A DNA stretch of 64,000 nt from an uncultured Acidobacteriota bacterium (GCA_963777605.1 CAVZRV010000010.1:256001-320000); one strand, 5' to 3'; counted from the first letter of the stretch, positions 19,186-31,107 are shown. The notes: generated by a model from the letters alone, not told the origin. Program-made: numbers and translations.

Positions 19186-21747
19186 ATGCATTTGAATCGA
19201 TTCGTTCTGGGCCTTTCCGTCTTTTGGATCGCGGTTTGTCCGTCCTTTGCGCGAATGCCGGGTGCCTCTTTCCAACTCGAGGTTGAAGGGGTGGAATACT
19301 CCGATTCGGTTCCCAGCCCCGCCGACGTGCTCGGACACGAGATCGGAGCAACTCACACCAGGCCCGACCAGGTGGTCCGCTACTTCGAAGCTCTCGCGGC
19401 GCACAGTGACCGTGTCAAAGTCGAATATCACGGCTCGACGTACGAAGGCCGTCCACTGGTTCATGCCGTTGTCTCCTCGCCCGCCAACCTGAAGCGACTC
19501 GATGCAATCCGGCGGGAGAACCTGCGCCTTTCGGATCATCCCGACCAGGTCTCGGACCAGGAAATCGAGAAGATGCCGGTGGTCGTCACGATGGGCTACA
19601 GCGTTCACGGAAACGAGGCGAGCGGGACCGAAGCAGCACTCCTGCTCCTCTACTACCTGGCCGCCGGCAACGGGGAACCGGTTGAACGTGTGCTGGAGCA
19701 CTGCGTCGTCCTGATCGATCCGATGCTCAATCCCGACGGCCGCGCCCGCTTCGTCGAGTGGGTGAACGCAAATCGGGGAAGAGTGGCCAACGCTGACCCG
19801 GAAGACCGGGAGCACCGGGAGCCCTGGCCCGGGGGCCGGACCAATCACTACTGGTTCGATCTGAACCGGGACTGGCTGCCGGTCCAACTCACCGAATCCC
19901 GTGGTCGCTTGCAGCTTTTTCAGGACTGGCGCCCGCAGCTGGTCACCGACTTTCACGAGATGGGCAGCAACTCGACCTTCTTCTTCCAGCCCGGCGTCCC
20001 GACTCGGAACAACCCCAATACGCCGAAGCGGAACTTCGAACTGACTCAACAGATCGGAACCTTCCACGCCAAGTACCTCGATCGGATCGGATCCCTCTAC
20101 TATTCGGAAGAGAACTACGACGACTTCTATTATGGGAAAGGCTCGACCTATCCCGACATCAACGGCTCCATCGGGATTCTCTTCGAGCAGGCGTCCTCGA
20201 GGGGCCTGATGCGCGAAACCGAACTGGGGACGATCGACTTCGGCTTCACGATCCGAAACCAGTTCACGGCCTCGCTCTCGAGTCTCGACGCGGCGGTCAC
20301 CCTGCGCACTGAACTGCTCTCCAACCAGCGGGACTTCTACCGCGAGGCTCTCGACACAGCCCGCAAGAAATCCGTTCGCGCCTGGGTGTTTGGTGACGAT
20401 CACCCCGGTGGCCGTTCGGAGCCCATGATCGACGTCCTGCTGCGACACGGAATCGACGTTTACCAGCTCACGAGGGACCTGACCGTCGGCAATCACACGT
20501 TCAAGGCGGGCCAGAGCTGGATCCTGCCGGAGTTCCAGCGCCAGAGCCGTCTTCTCGATGTCCTGATGGAACGGGTCACGGAATTTCGGGACACGACGTT
20601 CTACGACATCTCGAGCTGGACCCTTCCGCTCGCCTTTGCGGTCAACGCCAGCCCGGTATCGGAGAAACTCGACAGCTACCTGGGAGAGCCGGTCAGGGAA
20701 CCAGTCAAGGCGCCCGGTTCCGTTTCCGGACCCGAAGACCCTTACGCCTACCTCATGGACTGGAACCACTACCGGGCCCCGGAAGCCCTATATCGGCTCC
20801 AGGTCGCGGGCGTGGCGGCACGATCCCTGACCAGTTCGGTCACCGTAAGCAGTGCCGGGAATCTCCGTACGGTTGGTGGAGCAGCAATCGTGATTCCGAC
20901 CACCCAGAAGGATCTCTCCCGGGAACAGGTTCGTGAACTGGTCGAACAGGCATCCCGTGAAACGGGAGTGACTTTCATTGGTGCGGATACCGGACTGACA
21001 GCTGACGGTCCCGACCTTGGCGGCCCTTCCAGCATGCCTCTGAAGACCCCGAAAATCGCGCTTCTGTGCGGCCCTGGCACCTCCTCAAGCCAGGCCGGGG
21101 AGGCTTGGTTCGTACTCAATGAGCGCGCCGGAATCCCGGTCAGCCTGCTCGACTTGGACCGCCTGGAATCCGTGGACCTGTCGCGCTACAACACGCTCGT
21201 CATGCCTGGAGGTTCATTCAGTTCGCTTTCGGAGAAGGACGGTGTAGTGCTGAGAGACTGGGTACGAGAGGGAGGCCTGCTGATCGCCTTTCAGGGAGCG
21301 GTGCGCAACCTGATTGCCATGCAAGTCATCGATGAACAGCTTCGAGACGCTCCGAAAACCACAACCCAGGTTCCCTACAACCAGGTTGAAAGCGCCCATC
21401 GCGCACGCGAAATCCCGGGCTCGATCTTCGAGGCGCAGCTGGACTCGACCCATCCTTTGGCTTCGGGCCTGCCTTCGAAACTCCCGGTCTTTCGGGACAG
21501 CACCCTGTTCATCGAGCCTTCCAAGACGCCGGGGGCGAACGTGGCCGTCTACGGACAGGAACCACTACTCAGTGGCTACGTTGCCACTGAGCCCCTGACT
21601 CAGGTCGCGGGCAGCGCCGCGGTGATTGCCCGCAAGGCCGGCAGAGGGCACGTCGTGTTGTTTGCCGACGACCCCAATTTTCGTGCCTTCTGGTACGGAA
21701 CGAGCCAGCTCTTCTACAATGCGGTCTTTTTTGGGCAGGCGTTCTGA
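19186..21747 (+). CDS. M14 zinc carboxypeptidase with C-terminal GATase-like domain
   Basis: SVHGNE, NPDGR, DLNRDW and DFHEMG. Signal peptide. ATG 19186 has a GGGAG RBS (frame open from 19144). Confidence 0.92.
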   Translation: MHLNRFVLGLSVFWIAVCPSFARMPGASFQLEVEGVEYSDSVPSPADVLGHEIGATHTRPDQVVRYFEALAAHSDRVKVEYHGSTYEGRPLVHAVVSSPANLKRLDAIRRENLRLSDHPDQVSDQEIEKMPVVVTMGYSVHGNEASGTEAALLLLYYLAAGNGEPVERVLEHCVVLIDPMLNPDGRARFVEWVNANRGRVANADPEDREHREPWPGGRTNHYWFDLNRDWLPVQLTESRGRLQLFQDWRPQLVTDFHEMGSNSTFFFQPGVPTRNNPNTPKRNFELTQQIGTFHAKYLDRIGSLYYSEENYDDFYYGKGSTYPDINGSIGILFEQASSRGLMRETELGTIDFGFTIRNQFTASLSSLDAAVTLRTELLSNQRDFYREALDTARKKSVRAWVFGDDHPGGRSEPMIDVLLRHGIDVYQLTRDLTVGNHTFKAGQSWILPEFQRQSRLLDVLMERVTEFRDTTFYDISSWTLPLAFAVNASPVSEKLDSYLGEPVREPVKAPGSVSGPEDPYAYLMDWNHYRAPEALYRLQVAGVAARSLTSSVTVSSAGNLRTVGGAAIVIPTTQKDLSREQVRELVEQASRETGVTFIGADTGLTADGPDLGGPSSMPLKTPKIALLCGPGTSSSQAGEAWFVLNERAGIPVSLLDLDRLESVDLSRYNTLVMPGGSFSSLSEKDGVVLRDWVREGGLLIAFQGAVRNLIAMQVIDEQLRDAPKTTTQVPYNQVESAHRAREIPGSIFEAQLDSTHPLASGLPSKLPVFRDSTLFIEPSKTPGANVAVYGQEPLLSGYVATEPLTQVAGSAAVIARKAGRGHVVLFADDPNFRAFWYGTSQLFYNAVFFGQAF

Positions 21748-21770
21748 TCGGGTCCAACTCCGGATCCCGG

Positions 21771-23012
21771 TTACACGTCGAGGACCCGACCCGTCTCGGC
21801 CGCTTCGGTTGCAACAATGCAGACTCTGGTGACGCGGACGGCCTCGTCCGGCCCGATCAGGTGAGTTCCCTGTCCCCGCAGTTCAGCGACGAAATCGGCG
21901 AAAAGGGACCGGGTCGGAGCCGACTGATCAAGGTTGCGCGGTGCGTTTCCCTCCTGCAGCAAGCTGACCACGGGCGGTTCGCCGATGGTCTCGACGATCC
22001 CTTCCGAGCCAGCGATTCTCAACCGGTCATCCCCGTGGGTCGGAGCGGTTTCGGGTCGAAGGAAATCCATCGTGATGGACACCGAAGCCCCGCCGTCCAT
22101 CTCCATGCTGAGCACAGAAGCATCCTGCACTCCCGGGTAGGCCGCATGCGCCAGGTTGGCCTGAAACGCGCTGACTTTTCTAACTTCAAGCCCCATGGCC
22201 CAGCGGACGTAGTCAACCGCGTGAATCCCCACCCAAAGGATCGTACTGCCGTAGATCTCCTTGTGGCGATAGAACCAGGGCCGATCCTCACCCCACTTGT
22301 AAGATTTCTGGGCCCGCCCGAGGCACGGGAGGCCAATTGCGCCGGTTCGGACAGCCTCTCTCACCGTGTAGATATTCGGTGAATAGCGCATCGCAAACAT
22401 GGCACTCAATCGAATGCCGCTTCGCTTGACCGCCGCTTCCACCTTCTCCAGGTCGGGCAGAGTCACCGCTACCGGCTTTTCGGAGAGAATGTCGATTCCG
22501 GCGTCGGCGGCAGCGACGATGGCATTCGCGTTTCGGGCGTAAGGAAGGGCCACCACGACCAGGTCGAGCGGCTCCTTGTCCAGCATCTCCTGGTAGGTTT
22601 CGTAGACGTGAAGCCCCGGTCCCGCCCACGGACGCCCTTCGAGCCAACGCCGGTTCCTGCTCATGTCGTAAGGCCCTGGACGAGGCGATCCGTCCGAATT
22701 GAACGACCATGAACCATCCTCGAAGGCATATGCCGCAATCCGTGCTCCCGAAACAGTATCGAGTTCATCCAGGACGTACCCGAGATGCCCGTCCCGGCCA
22801 ATCATCCCGATCCTGAGGGGAGCCTCCGGCTCCAGCCTCGGGCCCGTCGAGCCCGGTTTCGATGACGGCTTCCCGGCGGGTGACCGGAGGAGAGCTGCCG
22901 TACCTGCCAGCATGCCCCCGAACTGTCTTCGGGTGAAGCACTTACCCTTCAGGCCGGCGCCGAAATCGGTGGAAATCTTTCGAAGGTGAGAAGTCGAGAA
23001 GCGTTCGCTCAC
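21771..23012 (-). CDS. Gfo/Idh/MocA oxidoreductase with Tat-like signal
   Basis: TRRQF twin-arginine-like motif, SEKP and GIHAVD. Confidence 0.88.
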   Translation of the reverse strand: MSERFSTSHLRKISTDFGAGLKGKCFTRRQFGGMLAGTAALLRSPAGKPSSKPGSTGPRLEPEAPLRIGMIGRDGHLGYVLDELDTVSGARIAAYAFEDGSWSFNSDGSPRPGPYDMSRNRRWLEGRPWAGPGLHVYETYQEMLDKEPLDLVVVALPYARNANAIVAAADAGIDILSEKPVAVTLPDLEKVEAAVKRSGIRLSAMFAMRYSPNIYTVREAVRTGAIGLPCLGRAQKSYKWGEDRPWFYRHKEIYGSTILWVGIHAVDYVRWAMGLEVRKVSAFQANLAHAAYPGVQDASVLSMEMDGGASVSITMDFLRPETAPTHGDDRLRIAGSEGIVETIGEPPVVSLLQEGNAPRNLDQSAPTRSLFADFVAELRGQGTHLIGPDEAVRVTRVCIVATEAAETGRVLDV

Positions 23013-23165
23013 AGTGAGCTTCTACTCCCAAAATGCGGGAGCTGTCAACTTCGGCCGGATGTGAACGAACGCGGAAGTGAGATTCGAAGGAGGGAAAGGC
23101 CGGGGGGAGGGCCGGCGACCCACCCCCCGAATGCGGAACCCGAGGGCCCGCCGATTTCAGTCGGC

Positions 23166-25856
23166 TCACTTTTTCAGGGCAGCATGGGCGGCAGCCAGTC
23201 TGGCGACCGGAACCCGGTAGGGAGAGCAACTGACGTAGTTGAGGCCGAGGTCGTGGCAGAAGGCGATCGACTTCGGATCTCCTCCGTGCTCGCCGCAGAT
23301 GCCGATCTCGAGTTCGGGACGGGTGCCCCGACCCTTTTCGACGGCCATTCTCATCAGGCCACCGACGCCATCCTGGTCGATTGACTGGAACGGGTTCTCG
23401 GGAAGGACGCCGTGCTCGATGTAGGTGAGCAGGAACTTCCCTTCGGCGTCATCTCGCGAGTAACCGAACGTCATCTGGGTCAGATCGTTGGTTCCGAACG
23501 AGAAGAACTGGGCCACCCCGGCAATCGCGTCGGCCGTGACGGCGGCACGCGGGATCTCAATCATGGTCCCGAACTTGTATTCCACATTGACACCGGTCTC
23601 GTCCATCACCGCCTTGGCGATCTCCTCCAGCGTCGGCTGGATCACTTTCAGCTCGTTGACGTGCCCGACCAGGGGAATCATCACTTCGGGTTTGACCACG
23701 ACGCCGCTCTTGGCCTGGCTACAGGCGGCCTCAAAGATCGCCCGAACCTGCATCTTCACCAGGCCCGGCATCACGATGCTCAACCGGACTCCGCGCATTC
23801 CCATCATCGGGTTGCTCTCGTGCAGGTTGCGGATCGCGGCGAGGAGTTCCTCGTTCTCCTTGAGTCCCTCGGTCTGGTTCGAAAGGCGCTTGGCAAGCAC
23901 CTGTTCCAGAACATCTTCTTCGTTGGGCAGGAACTCGTGAAGAGGAGGATCGATGAGCCGGATGATGACCGGCAGCCCGTCCATCGACTTGAAGATCCCT
24001 TCAAAGTCGCCTCGCTGCAGCGGAAGCAACTGGTCGAGAGCTTCCTGACGCTCGGCATCGGTGTCGGCCAGAATCATCTGCTGCACGATCGGAAGCCTTT
24101 CTTCCTCGAAGAACATGTGCTCGGTCCGGCAAAGGCCGATTCCCTGGGCGCCGTATGAGCGGGCGCGTTCCGCATCCTTGGGATAATCGGCATTGGCCCA
24201 CACCTGGAGGCGCCGGAACTCGTCGGCCCAGGACAGGAGCGTGATCAGGTCGGTCTCCTCTTCGAAGTGCGGAGTCTGGGTCGGAATCTCGCCCAGGAAA
24301 ACTTCTCCGGTAGCGCCGTCGAGAGAGATCGCATCACCTTCTTTGATCGTCTTGCCGCCGGCAACAAACTCGCGGTTCTTCTGGTTGATCTTGACGTCGC
24401 TGGCGCCGCAGACACAGGGAACACCGAACTGCCGGGCGACGACCGCGGCGTGGCTGGTGGCTCCGCCTTCACTGGTCAAAATACCCTTGGCCGCCAGCAT
24501 GCCATGAACGTCGTCGGGCTTGGTAAAGGGCCGCACCATGATGACCTTCTTGCCGGCCTTGCCCCACTCTTCGGCCAGATCGGCATCGAACGCCGCCACA
24601 CCTACCGCGGCTCCGGGCGAGGCATTGACGCCCTTGCTAAGAAGCTTGCCTTCCGCCGCGGCAGAGGCCTTGGCCTCAGGATCGAAACGGGGATGCATGA
24701 GGGTGTCGACTTCCGTCGGCTTCACTTTCTTGACCGCCGCTTCCCTGGTGATCAGGCCTTCGTTAGCGAGATCAACAGCGATCTTCACGGAAGCCGCAGC
24801 CGTCCGCTTTCCGTCGCGCGTCTGGAGCATCCAGAGCTTGCCGCGCTCGATTGTGAACTCCACATCCTGCATCTCTTTGTAGTGCTTCTCGAGATTGCTG
24901 CAGATCGTGAGGAACTCTTCGTAAGCTTCCGGCAAGTCTTCGGACAGTTCCTGGATAGCCTTCGTATTCCGGATACCGGCAACGACGTCCTCACCCTGGG
25001 CGTTCAGCAGGTAGTCCCCGTACAGCTTCCTTTCGCCGGTAGAAGGATTCCGGGTAAAGGCAACGCCCGTTCCCGAATTCCAGCCCATGTTCCCGAACAC
25101 CATCGTGCAAATGTTGACGGCGGTACCCAGGTCGTGAGAAATACCGGCTGCATTCCGGTAGTCATTGGCGCGCTTCCCGTTCCAACTCCCGAAAACGGCC
25201 TCGGTCGCCAACTTCAGCTGCTCGTAGGGGTCCTGCGGAAAATCAAAGCCCTTCTCCTGCCGGATGATCCCCTTAAAGGTCTCGGTCAGTTCCTTCCAGT
25301 CATCCGCCGTAAGATCGGTATCGACATTGGCTCCCTTGGCCTTCTTCAGCTCATCCAGTGCCTCTTCAAACAACTCGTCGTCGATTCCGAGAACGACCGA
25401 CCCGAACATCTGGACCAGCCGACGATAGGAATCGTAGACGAAGCGCTCGTCACCCGTGAGCTCAGTCATGCCCTTGGCCGTCTGATCGGTCATTCCGATG
25501 TTGAGGACCGTGTCCATCATTCCGGGCATGGAAAACTTGGCACCGGACCGGCACGATACGAGAAGAGGATTCTTGGGGTCGCCAAAGACTTTCCCGGTCA
25601 ATCTCTCGACCTCTTTCATGGCCTCCCTTTCCTGAACCATGACACCGTCCAGGAACGCAGACCCTTCCGACAGGTAGGTCAGGCAGGCTTCGGTCGTTAC
25701 CGTAAATCCGGGGGGAACAGGCAGTCCAATTCGGGTCATCTCAGCCAGGTTGGCGCCCTTTCCTCCGAGGAACGCCCGAACGTCTTCCCACGCGCCGCCA
25801 ACCGCCTCTTGTGCTTGATCCAGTTCTCCGAATAGATAAACCCATTTCTTCGACAT
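23166..25856 (-). CDS. ppdK: Pyruvate, phosphate dikinase
   Basis: LGGKGANLAEM, SMPGMMDT, GGATSHAAVVAR, GLCRTEHMF, FSFGTNDLTQ and GICGEHGG. Confidence 0.98.
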   Translation of the reverse strand: MSKKWVYLFGELDQAQEAVGGAWEDVRAFLGGKGANLAEMTRIGLPVPPGFTVTTEACLTYLSEGSAFLDGVMVQEREAMKEVERLTGKVFGDPKNPLLVSCRSGAKFSMPGMMDTVLNIGMTDQTAKGMTELTGDERFVYDSYRRLVQMFGSVVLGIDDELFEEALDELKKAKGANVDTDLTADDWKELTETFKGIIRQEKGFDFPQDPYEQLKLATEAVFGSWNGKRANDYRNAAGISHDLGTAVNICTMVFGNMGWNSGTGVAFTRNPSTGERKLYGDYLLNAQGEDVVAGIRNTKAIQELSEDLPEAYEEFLTICSNLEKHYKEMQDVEFTIERGKLWMLQTRDGKRTAAASVKIAVDLANEGLITREAAVKKVKPTEVDTLMHPRFDPEAKASAAAEGKLLSKGVNASPGAAVGVAAFDADLAEEWGKAGKKVIMVRPFTKPDDVHGMLAAKGILTSEGGATSHAAVVARQFGVPCVCGASDVKINQKNREFVAGGKTIKEGDAISLDGATGEVFLGEIPTQTPHFEEETDLITLLSWADEFRRLQVWANADYPKDAERARSYGAQGIGLCRTEHMFFEEERLPIVQQMILADTDAERQEALDQLLPLQRGDFEGIFKSMDGLPVIIRLIDPPLHEFLPNEEDVLEQVLAKRLSNQTEGLKENEELLAAIRNLHESNPMMGMRGVRLSIVMPGLVKMQVRAIFEAACSQAKSGVVVKPEVMIPLVGHVNELKVIQPTLEEIAKAVMDETGVNVEYKFGTMIEIPRAAVTADAIAGVAQFFSFGTNDLTQMTFGYSRDDAEGKFLLTYIEHGVLPENPFQSIDQDGVGGLMRMAVEKGRGTRPELEIGICGEHGGDPKSIAFCHDLGLNYVSCSPYRVPVARLAAAHAALKK

Positions 25857-25967
25857 TTGTTGCTCCCTTCTTAGTCGCATCAGTTATCAGTGTATTCAAT
25901 CCATCCCGGGCCATCGGCATCGCTTGCACAGCAGCAGGACGTCTTGACGGTCCGGTTAGGATTTGGC

Positions 25968-27287
25968 TCAGTCGCCGTAGTAGTCGAGCCCGAGGTGCGT
26001 GATCTGTTCCTCGCCTTTCAGGTGCCGAAGAGTGTTCTTCAGCTTCATCAACTGAATGAACAGATCATGCTCCGGGTACAGGCTCGGCAATGTCATCGGG
26101 CTCTTGAAATAGAACGAAAGCCACTCCTGGATTCCGAACATTCCGGAACGATGGGCAAGATCCATGAAGAGCACCAGGTCGAGGACCAGCGGTGCCGCCA
26201 GAATGCTGTCCCGGCAGAGAAAATCGATCTTTACCTGCATCGGGTAGCCCAACCACCCGAAGATATCCAGGTTGTCCCAACCCTCCTTGTTGTCCTTTCG
26301 CGGAGGGTAATAGTTGATTCGGACCTTGTGATAGAAGTCTTCGTAGAGCTCGGGGTAGAGATTGGGTTGAAGGATGTACTCCAGCACCGAGAGCTTGCTC
26401 TCCTCCTTGGTCCGGAAAGACTCGGGATCATCCAGGACTTCGCCGTCACGGTTCCCCAGGATGTTGGTCGAGAACCATCCGGAGAGACCCAGCAGTCGTG
26501 CCTTCAGTCCCGGAGCGATGATGGTCTTCATCAGCGTCTGGCCGGTCTTGAAGTCCTTGCCGCAGATCGGCAAGCGGTTCTTCTGAGCCAACTCCCGCAT
26601 CGCCGCTATGTCTACCGTTAGATTCGGGGCCCCGTTGGCGAACGGGATTCCCAGCTTCAGCGCCGCATACGCGTAGACCATGCTTGACGGAATCGCCTCA
26701 TCGTTGGCGACCAGTCCCTGCTCGAATTTCTCCAGGGTTTCGTGCACGGTCGTAGGCTGAATGAAAATCTCCGTACTGCCGCACCAGATCATGACCAGAC
26801 GACTGAGGTTCCGCGCCTTCTTGAACTCCAGAATATCGGCCATCAACTGTTCCGCCAACTCCATCTTGTTGGCCCCGGACTTGATGTGTTGGCCGTCCAG
26901 CAGTTTCACGTACTTCTTGTCAAATACCGCTTTCAAGGGACGAAGAGCCGTCAACTCCGGCTTCAGCTGCTCGACCAGGCTTTCGTTCAGGACGCCGCAC
27001 TTCAGCGCGGCCTCGTAGGCCGAATCTTCGAAGGGGTCCCAAGCCAGAAACTCCAGGTCCTGCAACCCGGCCAGGGGGACGAAATCGTTGATTTTCGGGA
27101 CGCGGTTTTCGGTCCGCTTCCCCAACCGGATGGTCCCCATCTGCGTCAGTGAACCAAATGGCCGCCCCAGACCCTTCTTGACCGCTTCGACACCGGCCAC
27201 AAAAGTCGTACTGACAGCACCAAGCCCAACCAGGAGAATTCCCAATTTTCCTTCGGCGTTCGCTATCTGTACCCCTTTATCGCTCAT
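25968..27287 (-). CDS. ino1: Myo-inositol-1-phosphate synthase
   Basis: VGLGAVSTT, GKDFKTGQT, NILGNRDG, DNKEGWD and CRDSILAAP. AGGAGG RBS before ATG 27287. Confidence 0.94.
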   Translation of the reverse strand: MSDKGVQIANAEGKLGILLVGLGAVSTTFVAGVEAVKKGLGRPFGSLTQMGTIRLGKRTENRVPKINDFVPLAGLQDLEFLAWDPFEDSAYEAALKCGVLNESLVEQLKPELTALRPLKAVFDKKYVKLLDGQHIKSGANKMELAEQLMADILEFKKARNLSRLVMIWCGSTEIFIQPTTVHETLEKFEQGLVANDEAIPSSMVYAYAALKLGIPFANGAPNLTVDIAAMRELAQKNRLPICGKDFKTGQTLMKTIIAPGLKARLLGLSGWFSTNILGNRDGEVLDDPESFRTKEESKLSVLEYILQPNLYPELYEDFYHKVRINYYPPRKDNKEGWDNLDIFGWLGYPMQVKIDFLCRDSILAAPLVLDLVLFMDLAHRSGMFGIQEWLSFYFKSPMTLPSLYPEHDLFIQLMKLKNTLRHLKGEEQITHLGLDYYGD

Positions 27288-29337
27288 TTTCTCCTCCTTG
27301 ATGGACAATCTCGGACGGATCCGCGACCACCAAAACCAGATCCGCCACCGACCCTAACAATGCCAATCGATTCCTCCGGAGGTCTGGTTCCTTCGCCATG
27401 ACCAGTACCTCCTCAAAGAAACGGTCAACAGCGGGCCGGATTCCGGCGATGCATCGCAATGCCCCCAGATAATCACCCTGTTCAACAGCGCCCTCTACCC
27501 GAGGTGCCAGCTCCGAGACCGCCTCGAACAGGAGGCTCTCACCCGGCTCCTCAAACTTTGTTTCGTCCACCGCACCAACCGCTTCACCCGCCTTTGAAAG
27601 CAGGTTCTTGGCCCGTTTAAAGGCAGCGGCCAGGGCGCTGAAGTCCGCATCCCCTTTGATCGCAGCTACAGCTCGGGCTCGCTCCCGGGCGTCTGTGGCT
27701 GTCGAAACGCCACCGGAGAACACCGACCGAATCACGTCCGGCTCCAACCCTTCCCGCTCCAGGAGAAAGACCAGCCGGCGATGGAGAAACTCGAGCACGG
27801 TTGGTTTCACGGAGTTCTGATCGAACGTTTCGAAATTTCGCAGGGCAAGGTCCACCAGTTCATCCAGCGTCAGGTCCATGCCGCGCGCTAACAGGAGCGT
27901 GATTAAACCCTGGGCCTGACGCCGGAGAGCAAAGGGGTCACTGGAGCCAGTCGGGATGATTCCGACGCCAAAACAGCCTACGATCGTGTCGATCCGGTCC
28001 GCGATGGAAAGCAGCGCACCGTTCAGCGTCTCAGGGAGAGTGTCGTCGAGAGACACCGGGCGATAATGGTCGTAAATCGACCGCCAGACTCCCTCCGGGA
28101 GGCCTTCCTGGCGCGCGTAGAGCCCCCCCATAATCCCCTGCAGTTCGGTCAATTCGCGGACCATATCGGTGGTCAGATCAACCTTGCAAAGTGCCGCGGC
28201 CTCGTCCAACCCTGCGTCTCCACCCAGTTCCCGGCAGATCGCCCGAATCCGCTCAGCCTTTTCAAAGTAGCTTCCCAGATTCTCCTGAAAGAGCACGTGC
28301 CGGAGGCTGTCAACACGGTCGCGCAGGGATATCTTCTGGTCCGATTTCCAGAAGAATGCCGCGTCTTCGAGGCGAGCCTGGAGCACCTTTTCGTGACCCC
28401 GCCGGATGGATCCCTCCGGGTCGCCGTCCGTGTTCAGCACGGTCAGAAACGCCGGAGCGAGTCGACGCTTACCGTCCAGCAATGAGAAATACTTCTGGTG
28501 ATAGCGCATCACGGTCACCAGAACTTCCCGCGGAATCTCAAGAAAAGCCGGGTCGAAGGCCCCCCTCAAGACCGAAGGGAACTCGTTCAACTGGACTACC
28601 GTCTCCAGCAACGCCTCGTCTTCGAGCACGACCTCCGTTCCGGCTTCGGACTGGAGTCCAGCCTCAATCCGGGCACGCCGCTCGGCGGGATCTACCAGTA
28701 CTCCCGCCCCCCGAAGACTCTCGACGTAGGAGTCAGCATTCGAAATCTCCACGCGGGGGACTCCAATCAGGCGATGTCCCCAACTGACCCGGCCGGAGGC
28801 AACGCCTTCGATTTCAAAAGGAACAACTTCGTCATTCCACAGGCAGACGAACCATCGCAGCGGACGGATGAACCGAAACCGACTTTCCGACCAGTACATG
28901 GTCTTCGGCCAGTTGATCGAGCGAACGATGTCGGGAACGGCCTTCTTGATCAACTCGGAAACCGCCTCACCCGGAACCTGGCGATTGAGAACCAGGTAGC
29001 GTCCCCGATCCGTGTGCTGCAGATCGAGATCCTCGACCGCCACGCCCATCTTGCGCGCAAATCCCACCGCGGCCGGTGTCGGCTTCCCTTCTGAATCGAA
29101 GGCCACTTCGGCCGGCGGTCCAGAGACGACCTCCTCCCGGTCCGGGCAACGTTCCGGGAGACCTTCCATCACTATAACGAGCCGCCGCGGGGTGGCATAC
29201 CTGCGGACTGCGCCGGCATGGACCCGATTTTCCGTCAAAACACGCTCAAAGCTCTCACCCATCTGATTGACCGCGTCCTCAATCATCGCGGCGGGGATCT
29301 CTTCAGTCCCAAGTTCGAATAGGAATCTATTATTCAT
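27277..29337 (-). CDS. glyS: Glycine--tRNA ligase beta subunit
   Basis: [46 protein letters not shown] and RRNRLALL. Confidence 0.97.
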   Translation of the reverse strand: MNNRFLFELGTEEIPAAMIEDAVNQMGESFERVLTENRVHAGAVRRYATPRRLVIVMEGLPERCPDREEVVSGPPAEVAFDSEGKPTPAAVGFARKMGVAVEDLDLQHTDRGRYLVLNRQVPGEAVSELIKKAVPDIVRSINWPKTMYWSESRFRFIRPLRWFVCLWNDEVVPFEIEGVASGRVSWGHRLIGVPRVEISNADSYVESLRGAGVLVDPAERRARIEAGLQSEAGTEVVLEDEALLETVVQLNEFPSVLRGAFDPAFLEIPREVLVTVMRYHQKYFSLLDGKRRLAPAFLTVLNTDGDPEGSIRRGHEKVLQARLEDAAFFWKSDQKISLRDRVDSLRHVLFQENLGSYFEKAERIRAICRELGGDAGLDEAAALCKVDLTTDMVRELTELQGIMGGLYARQEGLPEGVWRSIYDHYRPVSLDDTLPETLNGALLSIADRIDTIVGCFGVGIIPTGSSDPFALRRQAQGLITLLLARGMDLTLDELVDLALRNFETFDQNSVKPTVLEFLHRRLVFLLEREGLEPDVIRSVFSGGVSTATDARERARAVAAIKGDADFSALAAAFKRAKNLLSKAGEAVGAVDETKFEEPGESLLFEAVSELAPRVEGAVEQGDYLGALRCIAGIRPAVDRFFEEVLVMAKEPDLRRNRLALLGSVADLVLVVADPSEIVHQGGENER

Positions 29338-30175
29338 CGGTTTCTACGTACCGTTTTGCGATCGCGACCGCCAGAGTGCGAACCCGATTGATGAGACCGA
29401 CTCTCTCGGTGACGCTGATCGCTCCCCGGCTGTCCAGCAGATTGAAAGCGTGAGAACATTTCAGGCAGTAGTCGTAGGCCGGAAGCACGCAGTCGGCTGC
29501 CAGGCAACTCCTGGCCTCGTTTTCGTAAAGTTCGAAGAGCTTGAACAGCAGGTCCTTGTTCCCGACCTCGAAGTTGTATCGGGAAAACTCGTACTCCTCA
29601 CGACCCCGCACCTGGCGATAGCTGGTCGAAGGGCTCCAGGACAGATCGTAAACACTCTCCTTGTCAAATAGAAAAGCGGCGATCCGCTCCAGCCCGTAGG
29701 TGATCTCCGCAGAGATCGGTTCCAGTTCAAGGCCGCCCGCCTGCTGAAAGTAAGTGAACTGGGTAATCTCGAGCCCGTTAAGGAGAACCTGCCAGCCAAT
29801 CCCCCATGCCCCGAGAGTAGGACTTTCCCAGTTGTCCTCCTCGAACCTCAGGTCATTCTTCTCCAGCGGAATACCCAGGGCCCGCAGGCTTTCCAGGTAG
29901 ACGTCCTGCACATCGGCCGGCGAAGGCTTCAGAATCACCTGGAGTTGGTGGTGACGGTAGAGCCGGTTCGGGTTTTCGCCATAACGCCCGTCGGTGGGAC
30001 GGCGGGAAGGCTGCACATAAGCAACGGAATAGGGCTTGGACCCGAGGACTCGGAAGAAGGTCTCAGGGTGCATCGTGCCGGCCCCAACTTCGACGTCGTA
30101 CGGCTGCTGAATCACGCACCCGTAATCCATCCAGAATCCAAGCAGCCTGTGAATCAAGTCTTGAAAAGTCTGCAT
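29330..30175 (-). CDS. glyQ: Glycine--tRNA ligase alpha subunit
   Basis: [39 protein letters not shown] and EITYGLER. Confidence 0.98.
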   Translation of the reverse strand: MQTFQDLIHRLLGFWMDYGCVIQQPYDVEVGAGTMHPETFFRVLGSKPYSVAYVQPSRRPTDGRYGENPNRLYRHHQLQVILKPSPADVQDVYLESLRALGIPLEKNDLRFEEDNWESPTLGAWGIGWQVLLNGLEITQFTYFQQAGGLELEPISAEITYGLERIAAFLFDKESVYDLSWSPSTSYRQVRGREEYEFSRYNFEVGNKDLLFKLFELYENEARSCLAADCVLPAYDYCLKCSHAFNLLDSRGAISVTERVGLINRVRTLAVAIAKRYVETDE

Positions 30176-30468
30176 CGTTGGCCAACTGTCCGGGTGATTT
30201 CTGCCTGAGCCCGGTCTCTTTGCCGATGGAATGGGCCGCACCCCGGGAAAGGATGTGCTCAGGAGAGCCCCGCCTGGATCAGGCGGCACCTCAGGTGAGT
30301 ATCCTAGACCGAATTGTCCAGAAGTTTCATTTCGAAATTGTCGTCTTTGGCGTCCCGTCTGGTCGCCCGCTTACCACGGTCCGCCGGAACCCAAAAACAT
30401 TCCAGCTACCAGGCAACACCCAACCGCTTTCGTTGCCCCCGGTTCAGGCTTGCCGCCGGGAAGACCGT

Positions 30469-31107
30469 TTACAGTAAATCCCTCAGCATCCTCTTTGCCT
30501 TGAGTGGCTTTTCAAGCTGAGATTCTATCAGTTTCTCGGCAGCCCGTTCCAAGCAGTCCAGGTCTGCCTCCAGCAATCGCTCATCTTCCAGCTGTGACGG
30601 CGGCAACTTCAAGAACACGGCAGCCCGGGTCGCCACGTCCGCCGGAAGGATTTCCTCCAGGCCCGGCAAGACACCTTCGAGCCGGAGCAACCAGTACTCA
30701 AAGTAGCGCGCGAGCAACTGAATCGATACCGACTCCGACGCATCGATGACTGCAAGGGCCAATCGAAAGAGACGCTCATTCGGAGCCTGCTCCCGCGAAA
30801 ACTCCACCAACAACTCGGCAAAGTATCCAAAGTAAAGACTTTGCGCCCAGTCCAGCCGGTATGCTGGTGAAGGTCGTATGATCTCACAATTCTCTATGAC
30901 AGCCAACTCCTGATTCTCTCGTCTCCGGTAGCTGAGACGAACTTGTGACAGAGGTTCAAGCCCGGATCCGAAACGGCTCTTCGACCGGGCTGCACCGTAG
31001 GCAACCCCTCGCAACTGACCGACTTCCGGACTCAGGAAAACGGCGACCTTGTTGGCCTCACCGAAGGGATAGGTTCGAAGCGTGAGGGCGGAGCAGCTTT
31101 GCAGCAT
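30469..31107 (-). CDS. recO: DNA repair protein RecO
   Basis: GEANK...G.LRGVA.GA..SKSRFG..LEP OB-fold pattern and the classical position upstream of glyQ. Confidence 0.9.
   Translation of the reverse strand: MLQSCSALTLRTYPFGEANKVAVFLSPEVGQLRGVAYGAARSKSRFGSGLEPLSQVRLSYRRRENQELAVIENCEIIRPSPAYRLDWAQSLYFGYFAELLVEFSREQAPNERLFRLALAVIDASESVSIQLLARYFEYWLLRLEGVLPGLEEILPADVATRAAVFLKLPPSQLEDERLLEADLDCLERAAEKLIESQLEKPLKAKRMLRDLL

Noticed and set aside
19054-20769. 571-aa minus-strand ORF
   Set aside because: Antisense shadow of the M14 peptidase gene, expected in high-GC DNA, with no motifs.
24267-25835. 522-aa plus-strand ORF
   Set aside because: Antisense shadow of ppdK.
30255-30300. GGAGAG...CACC...TCAGG resembling a glycine riboswitch upstream of glyQ
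   Set aside because: It is on the strand opposite to glyQ and lacks the CCGAAG and CTCTCAGG core.
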